A stretch of 64,000 nucleotides of DNA from Zygnema circumcarinatum SAG 698-1b. Its lineage: Eukaryota > Plantae > Zygnematophyceae. The notes under the pieces are model-generated. The model had not been told where the DNA came from. It saw nothing but the letters and a program-made list of their open reading frames with translations, and did no database searches. The stretch spans positions 1,550,001 to 1,614,000 of the forward strand of contig CM074817.1 of NCBI GenBank assembly GCA_037447605.1, in the 5' to 3' direction. Positions 34,501 through 46,738 of this stretch are shown here, piece after piece. Within the stretch, counting starts at the first letter, position 1, and each line of letters starts with the position of its first letter. Position numbers and translations under genes: made by a program.

Positions 34501-36080
34501 CTGACCCATGCCATGCATGCACATGTTATAGACCAGAGAGAGGCTAATTTAGGCAGCATAATCAAGTATCAAGAGTTTTTTGAAGATTCGGAAGAATTTA
34601 GAGACCTCTTGTAGAAACTTGTCAGTTGCCTATCCAGCTGTTCACAGCCAAAATCTAAAGGAGCCACTTGAAAAGTTTTATTATGCATTTTGCCTTGCGA
34701 TTTCGTGGAGTCAGCAAACTATTCTAGTCTGCATCTTGAAATGTCAGATTTGTGGCCCTTCTCTTCGTCTAAATTTGGCCAACTAAAGGGTGTTCTCCTC
34801 TCTCTGCCTCCTCTCCCCCGACAGCTATCCTGAGCTATCTGCCCACTTCCGCTCTCCTCTTGCTTCCGTCTCCAACTCTCATACCCCCCTACCTTCTCTC
34901 TTCGACCTTTCCGAGCGACTTGTAGCCCGCCCGCCTTATCTCCCTTCCCCCTCCCCCCTCGCCCGTCTCCCCCACCTCCCCCCTCCCTCCCTCGCTCCCC
35001 CGCTCCCTCCCTCCTTCCCCTCCCCTCCCCTCCCCTCTCTCCTTCCCAACCCTCCCTCCCCCTCTCTCTCTCTCGACCTGTTGCATATGGCCAGAGTCTA
35101 GAAGCGGCCCTCACTTGCTCATAGGAGAATGGTGTCTCTTCGCCACTCCTTCATGCACTGCCTCAACCCATTCCACCAAGGAGAAGCCTCAAGATAACTA
35201 GCCAAGGGGGTTCGAATAAAGACTTTTAAATAGAGAGTGTTTGCTATATGGTCTATATCCTACCTTGAAATTTGTGAACTGAAGAGTCGCCAATAATAGA
35301 TTCCTTTTCTAAACCTACGGTGGCTCTCAGTCAACGCAACTTTCTCGTACACTCCTTTTTTGAAGTAGAGGGTGTCAGCACGTGCCTTGTTCCAAAATAG
35401 GAATGAGTCAAAATGGCCTCCATGTTCAATTTCTTTTGCTTGAATTAATGAAAAAGAAAACGAGGTATTTCAGGTAGCAATTTTTTTTACGCCAAATAAC
35501 TTTGTGAAGCTATTCGATGTAAAGGTTCAAATTATGTATGAGAAATAATGTCAACTTGGTGGCTTTTTTAATGATAAGAAGTGGCAATTGAGCGTGAGCT
35601 TCGACGAAAGCCTTACTTCCTCGATGTCGTGTATCGCTTGCTCTTTTGTCGATTCTCAAAATTTGGCACAAATTCTGCAATATAATCAAAACAAACGAGC
35701 AGCTTGTGGGTTTGCTGACTGGAGGAACATGCAACGAATTCTTTCAATGAATTCTGAGGGAGAAAAATAGAAAAGTATAAAATAACAAAAATGTAGCCCA
35801 TAAAGTACTTCGTGTGCTGCCATAACAATGCTTGTCCATTCGCGACAGGAAAGAAAAATAAAAAACAACAATTAAATAATAATAATAACAATTATCAAAC
35901 AAATAACTCTCGCAGAGAACAACGTCCTTCTTCAAGTATGTCTCTTCCATGACCATACCGAAAAAGCTTCTCTTTTCAAGTTGAGGCTAAGGCTCCTCTT
36001 CTGCTTAGCGGATTGTGGCGCGCAACGTTCTGAGCGCACAGAGGGCTGCAAGAGTCCGCTGAAGCATTCGTGCTTACTGT

Positions 36081-36096
36081 AGAGAGAGAGAGAGAG

Positions 36097-36158
<62 letters not shown>
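36081..36158. repeat. (GA)n microsatellite with one GGGG interruption
   Basis: Read directly from the sequence. Confidence 0.95.
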
Positions 36159-36159
<1 letters not shown>

Positions 36160-36523
36160 GTCGCCATCAGATACACAGATACATTCTCGCCAAAAAACAT
36201 TTGAAGCGACTAGAAAAAACATTAAAAATTACGAATTCCAGAGCCAGTTAGTGCACATTCTCCGCGTCTTTTGCCGCCCACGCTCACCTCCTGCAGAGAG
36301 GCGCGTGGCAGGAGGCAGCTGCCGCCATGGCCGGAAGTCGCACGCCGAGGAGAGAGAAGCGGCGAGCGGAGGCGCTCTCTGCTTTCAGAATTCGCAGACA
36401 GTTCGCAATGTGTTGCGCGTCGCAGCGTTTTGGCGCAGCACGAGGGCGAAAAATGCAGATACAGTTCTGAAATTCGTTACGGCAAATCTGACCGCTGCCT
36501 CGTACGCTGTAGGAGGAGGATAT

Positions 36524-36575
36524 GTGACATTGAACTCACGATGGCGAGCCTATCAAATGTACATGGGCAAATCAT
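36524..36575 (+). repeat. Partial copy B of the dispersed ~80-bp repeat
   Basis: gtgacattgaactcacgatggcgagcctatcaaatgtacatgggcaaa. Confidence 0.8.
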
Positions 36576-36596
36576 CATCATATAGTCTTTCTTTTG

Positions 36597-37501
36597 GGGT
36601 AACTCTACTGCACCCCCGCGTTTTGTCTTTCGCACCCCCGTTTTGAAAATTTTGCCTGCCCGTTTTGGTTACCCCCCAGTTTTGAATATTTCGGGAAAAA
36701 ATCTTTTTCCCGCCCCTTTCGTCCCGTCCTCTGGCTCCTGTTGCGAAACGCTATATAATTAAATGTATGGTCGACCATTTACATCCGCGGTTGCCTTTTA
36801 ACGGTAAAGTTTATGGGTTGGTACCGGGAGAGTACCGACTTCGGACCTTATAGGAAGCTTGTTGGTTTCATTCCCACTCCCTTCATTGTTTTTTGGACAT
36901 TCCATCCCCTCGTTTTCTCCTTTTCACTATTGACTTCCAACAATGTGCGACAAAAGAAAAGGGGATTTGCATTGGTCTCAAGATGGAGAGGCCATCAAAT
37001 ATACATGGACAAAGTCAACATGGGAACCACAAGAAATTAGTCGCAAATGAAACAAGAACAAAAAAAAAAAACTAGGAACAAAAAACTAAACTAAACTAAG
37101 CTTAAGTACAAAAACGCAACCTTAAACGCAACTGCAAAGGTCACCAATGTTGGGCAACTGTTGCTCTCTGTTTTCAGGTTACCCCTAATTAAGGCAAGAT
37201 CTTAAATTGTGGCCTGCTTGCTTGCAATTGCAACATTTTTTCCCTTGAACGTACTCGAAATAGCTCTTGTCCCGGCTGATTGCCAAACTGCGCGCGCCAG
37301 AAGGTCGACCTCGTTCCTTCATAACCGGGTGAGGGTTTTGCAACCGCAATGGTTCGAGGGGGGGCAGCGGAGGGGACGAAAGGGGCGGGAAAAAGATTTT
37401 TTCCCGAAATATTCAAAACTGGGGGGTAACCAAAACGGGCAGGCAAAATTTTCAAAACGGGGGTGCGAAAGACAAAACGCGGGGGTGCAGTAAAGTTACC
37501 C
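36597..37501. mobile_element. Non-autonomous MULE-like element 1 (905 bp) with 129-bp TIRs
   Basis: 36597-36725 matches the reverse complement of 37373-37501 at 128/129. Flanked by duplicated TTCTTTTG(G), an 8-9 bp TSD at 36589-36596 and 37502-37509. No transposase ORF. Contains copy C of the dispersed repeat (36969-37045). Confidence 0.88.
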
Positions 37502-37508
37502 TTCTTTT

Positions 37509-38209
37509 GGGGGCGACTATTTACAGTGTACGTTTTCTGAATGTAGTGTACGTTTTCTGGGGGCAGCAAAAAAATCCTTTTTTTGGCTGCCCGGCGCTGT
37601 TTCATACTTTTCAGAATAGATACAGACCTTTTTTCGTCGGATGTACGGATAGTGATTTGAAATGTACGAAGCGCGCGCGTCTACAAGGTATAAGGGCGCA
37701 ACACGTGGAGCGACATGATTGGTCGCGGCAACATATGACGTGACAAGTATGTTTGGGACCGTGACGTGACGAAACGAGACGCGACAAAAGTGGAGTCCGC
37801 GGACGGCAGTCGGAAATGGCGGGAATTAAAACTGACAGATTTTTCCTGAAACACGCTACGTTATGTGCCCTATCTTTTTCTGTCAGTTTTAATTCCCGCC
37901 ATTTCCGACTGCCGTCCGCGGACTCCACTTTTGTCGCGTCTCGTTTCGTCACGTCACGGTCCCAAACATACTTGTCACGTCATATGTTGCCGCGACCAAT
38001 CATGTCGCTCCACGTGTTGCGCCCTTATACCTTGTAGACGCGCGCGCTTCGTACATTTCAAATCACTATCCGTACATCCGACGAAAAAAGGTCTGTATCT
38101 ATTCTGAAAAGTATGAAACAGCGCCGGGCAGCCAAAAAAAGGATTTTTTTGCTGCCCCCCGAAAACGTACACTACATTCAGAAAACGTACACTGTAAATA
38201 GTCGCCCCC
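37509..38209. mobile_element. Foldback MULE-like MITE, element 2 (701 bp), 331-bp arms with a 39-bp spacer
   Basis: 37509-37839 matches the reverse complement of 37879-38209 at 330/331, with G5...C5 termini. The 9-bp TSD CTTTCTTTT lies at 38210-38218 and, displaced by element 1, at 36587-36595. Confidence 0.92.
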
Positions 38210-38260
38210 CTTTCTTTTTCTTTACTTTCCAAATAACTCTGTAAAATGGAATGGGGATAT

Positions 38261-38294
38261 GTGGCATTGATCTCACTATGGCGATGCTATCAAA
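38261..38294 (+). repeat. Partial copy D of the dispersed ~80-bp repeat
   Basis: gtggcattgatctcactatggcgatgctatcaaa. Confidence 0.7.
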
Positions 38295-38856
38295 GATGGT
38301 AAAATGGTCGGCAAGTATTGTGCACAACCAAAAACGGGTACCTACTCGAACATTTTCCTATCTGACCTGCCTTTGTCTTGTAAAAACATTGACATTCCAA
38401 GGAGGTTTTACACTAGGGTTCAGTGTCAATTCCCATCGCTCAACTGTTTGCAGTTTAGTGTGGGCTACTGGGCTTATTCCCTTGTCATTCCTTTAGGAGA
38501 TTTGTTCTGAGCACACGCAACGGCCAGACAGAATTGACATGGATTGAAATTTGTCTCCGTCCCTAAAGGGAATTCTCGAAATCATGACTTGCTTTACACC
38601 ACAAATTCTCTTCACACTTGGTGTGCGATTATCACTTTGCAGAAACAACTCCGAAGAAGAGCAAGAGCCCTCCCCTCCCATGCTTTCCTGCTACGCCACC
38701 CTTTTGTAAAGTAAAGTACACATTCAGGGAGCGTAACTGAATGGGATACATAATCTCTTGCGGTGAAGTAATTACTGGTATATACAAAAACAAAGCCTTT
38801 GTCACAATATTAACATATTGAAACCACTCCACTTCGGAGATAGCTTCGTTTGGAAA

Positions 38857-41501
38857 CTAAACCCACTCCACTTCCAATGAGACCTCGTTGCGCCGAGCAA
38901 AGGGCGGTGTGAATGGGGGATTGTACTGCAGCCCAGCCAAAACGCACCAATAAAGAAATCAAACACAAGAAGCAAACACAAGAAGCAAACACAAGATCAA
39001 TAGCTCGTATGCTTGTAAAAGAACAACGAGCAAACTAAACATTAATGAGAACGAACCTTTGGTCCTACTCCACCTCAGTCAGCATGCAGCTGAAGCAACA
39101 CTCACCTGAGCAACCTCCGCCTTCGCCCCCGCCTTCACAGCCACACGTGTGTCCCTTTCAAGAGCCTTCCTCAAAGCTTCCTCTCTACGAGAAACCTCCG
39201 CATCACTCACAACGCCTGGCCCACAGCACACAAATGGAGGCATCATCAAACTCTTGTTCCAACCCCCCAGTGTATCCCAATCACATACATACATCTTTCA
39301 AAGTGCAGAAAAAATAATTCAAAGTTATATGGGGGAAGAGTTGAGTCGGTAGTGACTCTGAAGTACTGCAATGGGTTATTCGCATTAGAAAGTACCTGGG
39401 AATGCTACTACGGCTATTGTTCTTGCAGGGACTTTTCGGATGTTGACTTCCTTATTGTTCGGAATTGGCAGGCCCTCTTTTGCGTACTTTGATGGCATTA
39501 CAAATGACATACGCCATTTTCCCTCATCCTGACAACATCCCTCTCAATAAGAGCCGAGGTTTCAGACAAGGTCTATACTCACTTACTCTATACTTTCTTT
39601 GGCAATGGTCAACATTACCAGCTGCAACCTCATTCTTTACAATCGCTTCAGTGCTTTGAAATCCACAACATTAGCATTACCTTGCAGGAACCTCAAACCC
39701 TTAAAACTCAAAAGAAAAAGTGCACCTGCGATGAAAGAACAGGGGTGGTCATCTCCATCTCCACACCCCTCTCTCTCCCCGGCCGCGTAATGACAGGAGT
39801 CGTCATCTCCATCTCTTCGCGTCGCGTATTCTGTTTTCCATGTTAGACCGACGCAGTACCAGTGCCCGCCATTAGAATTTACACGCCTTGATTTATTAAA
39901 TTGCATCTTCACCACATCATACTTCATCTACACTGCTGTTGCCCTCTTGCTGGAGAATATAACGAAAGGGAACCTGTCTTGAAAATGACGTAGACAAGAG
40001 TTGGATAAAGCTAGATATGGTTGGAGCTACTGACATCCCCAAAAAGATAGCCTGCCAGTGTGTTGAAGGCCCGTGAGGATCCCATAAAGTCAAAAGCCTG
40101 TCGCGTCTGCATGTCAGTTTCAGCCACCGTGTACTCCTGCAGCATAAACCATTGTTGCACGCAGTTATTTTTATTGATCCGTGCACGAAAATATATGGAC
40201 AATCAATGCTCTAGAGGCAGGCTCAATCAATCATTGGCAGGAAGGACAGCGATCTCACCTCCACTTCCCTAATTTCAAACTCCGCTGTTCGGAACACCGT
40301 TGTGCTGGGAATAGTCTCCAAGTCCGGAACTGCAAAAAAATGGACAATTAGCTCAGACAGAATTCAACATCCCAGCATCAGAACTGCTAAAGTCCCACCG
40401 AACATCTCTATTAGATACCGGGTTAAGAGTCTTTTCACATACCGGTCATAAGCGCATCTTCGAAATTCTGAGCATCTCCTCTGCGCGGATTGACATACTT
40501 AACAGCTTCTAAAGCCACATTTCTAACGCCTGCACAGGGGGAAAGGAACAGACGGAAAAACGACAGAATGCTTATGTCACAAGTCGCGCAACAAGGCGCC
40601 TAACTAAATTACTTCTCCATCCAGCTAGAGTTTTAAGTTCATATGTTCTGCTCACTGTCCTCGAGGAACCTATCCTTATCGCAACTTTACTCGCAAATTG
40701 CTCTGAAGGCGTAAATAGATTGAAAGCAAGCCTCTGTTGACTTTAACATGCTTAACTCTACTTCAACCTTTGCCTCCTTTTCTTGTTGGTTCAGAAACAA
40801 CAAGGCCATACCAACTAAAGGCAAAGCAGCGCTGCGTAATATAGAATACAAACTTTATATCCAATGCTGTCAGTCTCTGCCTCTGAAAACTTTTTTGGTT
40901 CACCTACATAAGCCTGGAAAACAACATTCTTTTAAATAGCTATTGTGTATTACAGTAAGGAAGGATAAAGCGACATAAAATAACAATGAGTAAAACTTGT
41001 TCAAAAGTCTCTGTTTGCAGAAAAATAAAAGAAGCTCGTCGCACTCTTATTACAGAAGCGATTAATATGCTCACCAGCGCCCTTGTCATATTTAATTCAT
41101 TAGGCCTCTGATCAAACGATCATGAGCGTTTGATCATTATGTTTGCATGCTCATATGAAACATCCTTCGATTTGAAAATCAGCGCAACACCATACATAGC
41201 CTTCAACCTTAAGGCTAGCCCTAGTCCATGCTTTACCATTCTCAGTTGTGCGAGCTGCCTGGGTTGCAACAGCAAACAGCAGTGAGAGGCGAGCATCATT
41301 CGTATCGACTCCGACAAATCGCAGAGCTTGATCCACGCTCATGGACGCTCTGTCTGATAAAGAAGCCACCGTCCTGCAGCCATGGCGTGACGCCGAAAGT
41401 CGACTCTTTCCTTCACTTTTCAAGCGAAAACAGCCATGATCAAGCTTGCTAATCAAGCCCGTGATCTTGAAGAGGCACTGCAGCTTCACTATCGAAGCCA
41501 T
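38857..41501 (-). CDS. Chloroplast SOUL haem-binding protein (At3g10130-like, by recall), multi-exon
   Basis: Transit-peptide-like start, then [58 protein letters not shown]|[20 protein letters not shown]. Confidence 0.88.
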
Positions 41502-41779
41502 AAGGGAAGCTGAACAAGCTCAAAAGACTCTCTATCGCTTTTTATTTTTTCTTGTTTAACTCCTTACTAAAGCCTCCCTCCTGCTCCTTCCTGCAGAGGC
41601 GGTCCCTGCTGCGGAGAGGACGCGAGCTTCAGACTCCGAGGTATGTGGGCGATATATCGATACGGAAGTATCCGATACAGTCTTGCCTCAACAAGCTCGA
41701 TATTATCTCGATTCGGTTTTTTGTCGATATTATCTCGATCGAACTAAGTTCGGCGTGCGCGCTGTGTCGAAGGGCGGCT

Positions 41780-42270
41780 TGACGGCTCGTTGACGCGGAC
41801 GTGGTCTCACACTGCTCCCTTGCTCCCTTGTGTTGTTGGCCGATCCGACACGTCGCGATGCATTGTCGCCTGCAGCGCTGCACCATGAAGGCGGGGCTGC
41901 TCGTGATGCGGCCCTTCGCAAGGAGCGCGCATATGCCCACCGTGTCGCGGTGGACGAGTTTGTTCCTATGGCTATTGAGATTTTTGGTTGCCTCGACGTC
42001 CGTTTGGATGCCTTCCTTCCTTCGCCAGTGCGTGCGTCCATCGCTCCTTCGAGATGCACGGCCTCGGAAGTCCTCCTCCGGCGATCTTGGCTACTTTTTA
42101 TCGATAGCGCATTTCTTTCGCCCTTCAGATTTGCTTCGCTTCTCCGCTCCTTCAGCGTGCGGCGGTTGTTGGTGGCCGTGTCGGTGGCCTTCCGCCGCTC
42201 CCTCCTCGCGATGTGCCTCACATCGGTGACCTTCGCGGCTGCTCCGAGGGAGGGCTGCGTTGTTGCGCTT
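41780..42270 (+). mobile_element. Degenerate 3' fragment of an RLE-type (CRE/R2-superclade) non-LTR retrotransposon
   Basis: LADPT...AALHHEGGAARDAALRKERAY...DEFVPMAIEIFGCLDVRLDAFL fits the restriction-like endonuclease tail (DPT...GxAA...K...Y...FxPxAxExFG). Frameshifted continuation LRQC...LQRAAVVGG...LP. No RT domain. Confidence 0.7.
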
Positions 42271-42318
42271 AGGCGCATTTTTCCGCTACTAGCTTTTTTC
42301 TTTCGTTCTTATGTCCTT

Positions 42319-42398
42319 TGCGACCAGTTCCTCGTGTTTCCCCATGCTGCTTTTGCCCATGTACATTTGATAGCCTCGCCATCGCGAGCTCAATGCCA
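42319..42398 (-). repeat. Full copy E of the dispersed ~80-bp repeat
   Basis: Reverse complement is about 88% identical to copy F by manual alignment. Confidence 0.85.
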
Positions 42399-42942
42399 TT
42401 TTCTCTTCTTTCATTGCAAAACTGGGGACGGCAAATTGAGTTCACGCACATGAAGAAAAGGAAGGTGTGGGAAAGAGAAAGAGAGAAGGAGAGAGACGAG
42501 AAAGAAAAGTCAACAAAGGTGAAAGGGAAAGGGGGTCGAGAAAACGTGGCCACTATGCACATACCGCGATCCAGGGATGTACTTTATCCGTACACAAACC
42601 AAGCATAGGCAGCCTAGCTATACACGCACACGAACGAATTTTTCGTATCCAATTTTTTTTATTTCAGACAGTACCATCGACATGACTAACAAGCATTCCT
42701 TGTGCCACAACCCGCAAGGTCAAGCCATATGAACAGGGGGTGCCTTTTGCAAGAGCTCGCCCAGCATTCTCAAGCTGTCTTGGTCAATATACAAAGCTTC
42801 TGCATGCTCCTCTGGCAAGAACCAACGCCCCAACAGCCTAATTCCAGAAGTGAATGTAGCCTTCACTTCCAACTTCTTCCCAAAAAAAGACCCTTAACTT
42901 AAGACTCATCAAGCGTGTGCCCGAACCCTAATAATCCGAGGG

Positions 42943-43499
42943 CTACTCCGCCTCCGCGTGCTGCGAGGTGGGCAGCGAGACGACCTCGATGTTGTTGTCG
43001 TCGAGGTCAATGACAAAGCACCCCACCGCGCCCTCCCCCAGATGCCCCCGCGGCCCCGGCCCGCCGTTATCGCGCCCTCCCGCCGCTAGCGCCACGCGGT
43101 AGAATTCGCGCACAGCTTCTGCCGAGGGTGCGGTTATCGCAAAATGCAGACGCAAGGGCTGCTCTTCTGAACCAGAGAGAACGAAGGGGAGGTACCCAAT
43201 TGGTTAGTATGAGAACATTGAGAAGATATTGGAAGACAGAAAGCATGATATGACCGAGAAATCGAGAAGAATGAGAGGGAGGAGGACGGTTGCAGTTCTT
43301 TTCCTTGACGAGAGAGAGGGAGCGGCGTCCGACCTTGCTTCACATAGACGCGGTGGTTGACGTGCTCTTTGCGCCCAAAGCCCCCGCCCGTGCCCCAGTC
43401 CGCCACGAGCTCCATGCCCAGCGGCGCGAAGACGGTCGTATAGAACGCCTTGGCGCTCTCCCAGTCCTTCACCTTCAGCATCACGTGGTGCAGCGCCAT
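42943..43499 (-). CDS. Glyoxalase/bleomycin-resistance (VOC) protein, 129 aa, 2 exons (43334-43499, 42943-43166)
   Basis: LHHVMLKVKDWESAKAFY..FAPLG...GFG...LHFAITAPSAEAVREFYRVALAAGGRDNGGPGPR...FVIDLDDNNIEVV, with one phase-1 GT-AG intron. Confidence 0.92.
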
Positions 43500-44123
43500 G
43501 GCGGCTTGCTCAGCACTCCCCTCCTCCTGCCGCTGCAGATGCGAGAATGGGCACGAAAGCAGATTCTTAACCCTAAAATATATATACTTGAGCTCTCAAA
43601 GAGAAGGAAGGCTCTTGAGATTTGGGAGCTGCGGAAGCCGAAAGGGAAGCGCCTTCTCCTTCAAGTGACGGCGGGGCGCTCCTTTTGAATGCCTGCGAGC
43701 TCCCCGCGAAGCTTCGCGAGCAGCTTCGCTCCCGCGGTCGACGCTTCCTGGAAAGCTTCTGGGCAGCGGGCGGCAATCTGTCCCCACGCAGGGATTGGTG
43801 AAAAATCTCTGAGACGGTCGCTGATTGGTCGACCGTCCACGTGGCGGGCAGGGCGGGACGGGACTGCCAGACCGTACAGCGACGGCGAGGCGCAGTGTGT
43901 GAACACCACTGAAGAATATTCCGTTTGGCTGTTGTCGTGTGAACGGGCACGGCGAGTTTGGGCACAATGTTGGTGACTGAGCCCCAAAGGTTTGGGGCGA
44001 GAGCCCGATCAATGGCCCGCTTTAGCTTTCTGGCAAACAACTTTTCGTTCGCTCTACATTTCCTCCCCTCGGGAGCTATGATTGATGGGCATTGGTCTCG
44101 AGAGAAGAGCAAAAGAAGGAAAA

Positions 44124-44196
44124 TGACATTGAATTCACGATGGCGAGGCCATCAAATGTACATGGACAACATCAGCATGGGGAACCACGAGGAACT
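44124..44196 (+). repeat. Near-full copy F of the dispersed ~80-bp repeat
   Basis: tgacattgaattcacgatggcgaggccatcaaatgtacatggacaacatcagcatggggaaccacgaggaact. Confidence 0.85.
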
Positions 44197-44851
44197 AAAA
44201 TAAATATACATGGAAAGAGGCAGCAGTACGACCCATCTCTCTAACAAGACAAGGGAAGGCTACGAGTGGAGCACCTGCTCCTAGTGACGCCTCACAACAC
44301 GGCTTCAAAGGAGCTGTGAATGTCGCCAATTCGGGCCACATCACGCTGAGGGGGGGGGGGGAAGGCCGCAGGACATTCGGCAACAAATGCAGCACAATAT
44401 AGGAGGGGCATTTTCTTATATTATTTGTGACAATTTTATATTGGTTTATACATATTGAATTTTACCATAAACGTTTAAAGGCGACACCTGTGTGAGATCG
44501 ATGCAGTCCTTCTCATTACTGTACACCAGGGGTTCCAGACCTCCCACAGCTTCTATTTCCAAATCAATGGCTTCCTTTTTTGGGTGCCTGATTTTCCATT
44601 TCCCTTCTTGTTTTCGTCCCCTTTCACATAATATTGTTAACCCTCACAGTTTCGTGGTTTACTGAGCACTTCACTTCTGACCTTGTGGTTTCATTTCATT
44701 GATTTGTAGTCATGGTCGTCAAGAGTGGCAATTACAATGACTTCTCTCTCGGGTTACAAACGAATGTACACTCGAATATTCGGTTTCTCACACTCCTCCC
44801 AATCGCTAGAAGAATGGAACCATTTCAATCATCTCAAAACCGTCGACTCCT

Positions 44852-44885
<34 letters not shown>

Positions 44886-45193
44886 CTCTCTCTCCTCTCT
44901 CTCTCTCTCTCGCAGCTCCATGGATCAGCTCACTGTTGCTTATTCTACTGCCGAACCGCACATGGAGTTCCACTGTCCTAGTCTGCTGTGGACTGTCTCA
45001 ACCTTTCTCTCAACTCTAGGTGAGTTGAATTCTATCTCTGACCTACATCCATGCGTGCGACTAAAATGATATAAATGAGGTATCCCCACGCTCCTCCTTC
45101 AGAAAGGCGATGACAGACATCGTCATCTCTACAGTGCAGAAACATGATGTCTCCATGAGGCCATAATTGGGCTGATCGTAATTCCTGGACTTC

Positions 45194-46219
<1,026 letters not shown>

Positions 46220-46738
46220 GGCGGCAGGCCTCCCTCCCTCCCTCCCTCCCTCCCTCCCTCCCTCTCCCCTCTCCTCGCCCACTTGCAGGTGCCTCTCCCT
46301 CCCTCACTTCCTCGAGGGCCAAAGGACTGCAGCCTACTTGTCCCCCACCTCTTTCCCAAATCTGTCTATGCATGTTCGCAGTTTGGAGTCGGAACTGGAA
46401 CTCTAACAACGACCAAAGATCGTTCAAGTTATACGGTTTCTATGTTACCCCTGCACAGTCCCGTGCACTGCTCCGCGATATTGAACAGCTCAAAATCCAG
46501 TTCCGTTAGACGTTGCGAGTTACCAAAAACATTACATGGAAACTGTTCACAGGGTACAGTTACGCCACGTGACGTAGTTTAATTGGATCATTTTCCGCCT
46601 GCTGGAGGGAGGAACTCGAGCAGGCCCCCTCCACTGCGAGCTCCGGGCTCGAGGCCATGGCTGAATGGCGCCCTCCAGCGCGTGCAGGGAGCCATTGCGT
46701 GCAGTAGCTCCGCGGAGTGAGAGCGGTAGGAGAGGAAG

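Noticed and set aside
36524-36575. Dispersed ~80-bp repeat as a tRNA-derived SINE or Helitron end
   Set aside because: No Pol III B box, poly(A) tail or TSD, and the hairpin is not followed by a CTRR terminus.
37507-38232. Mirror-image ORFs on both strands at 37.5-38.2 kb
   Set aside because: They are artefacts of the foldback element, not genes.
44915-45020. Exon-like segment on + (CT tract-CAG...AG|GTGAG)
   Set aside because: No flanking exons or recognisable product. It overlaps the RPB10 3' region and may be a non-coding transcript or chance.
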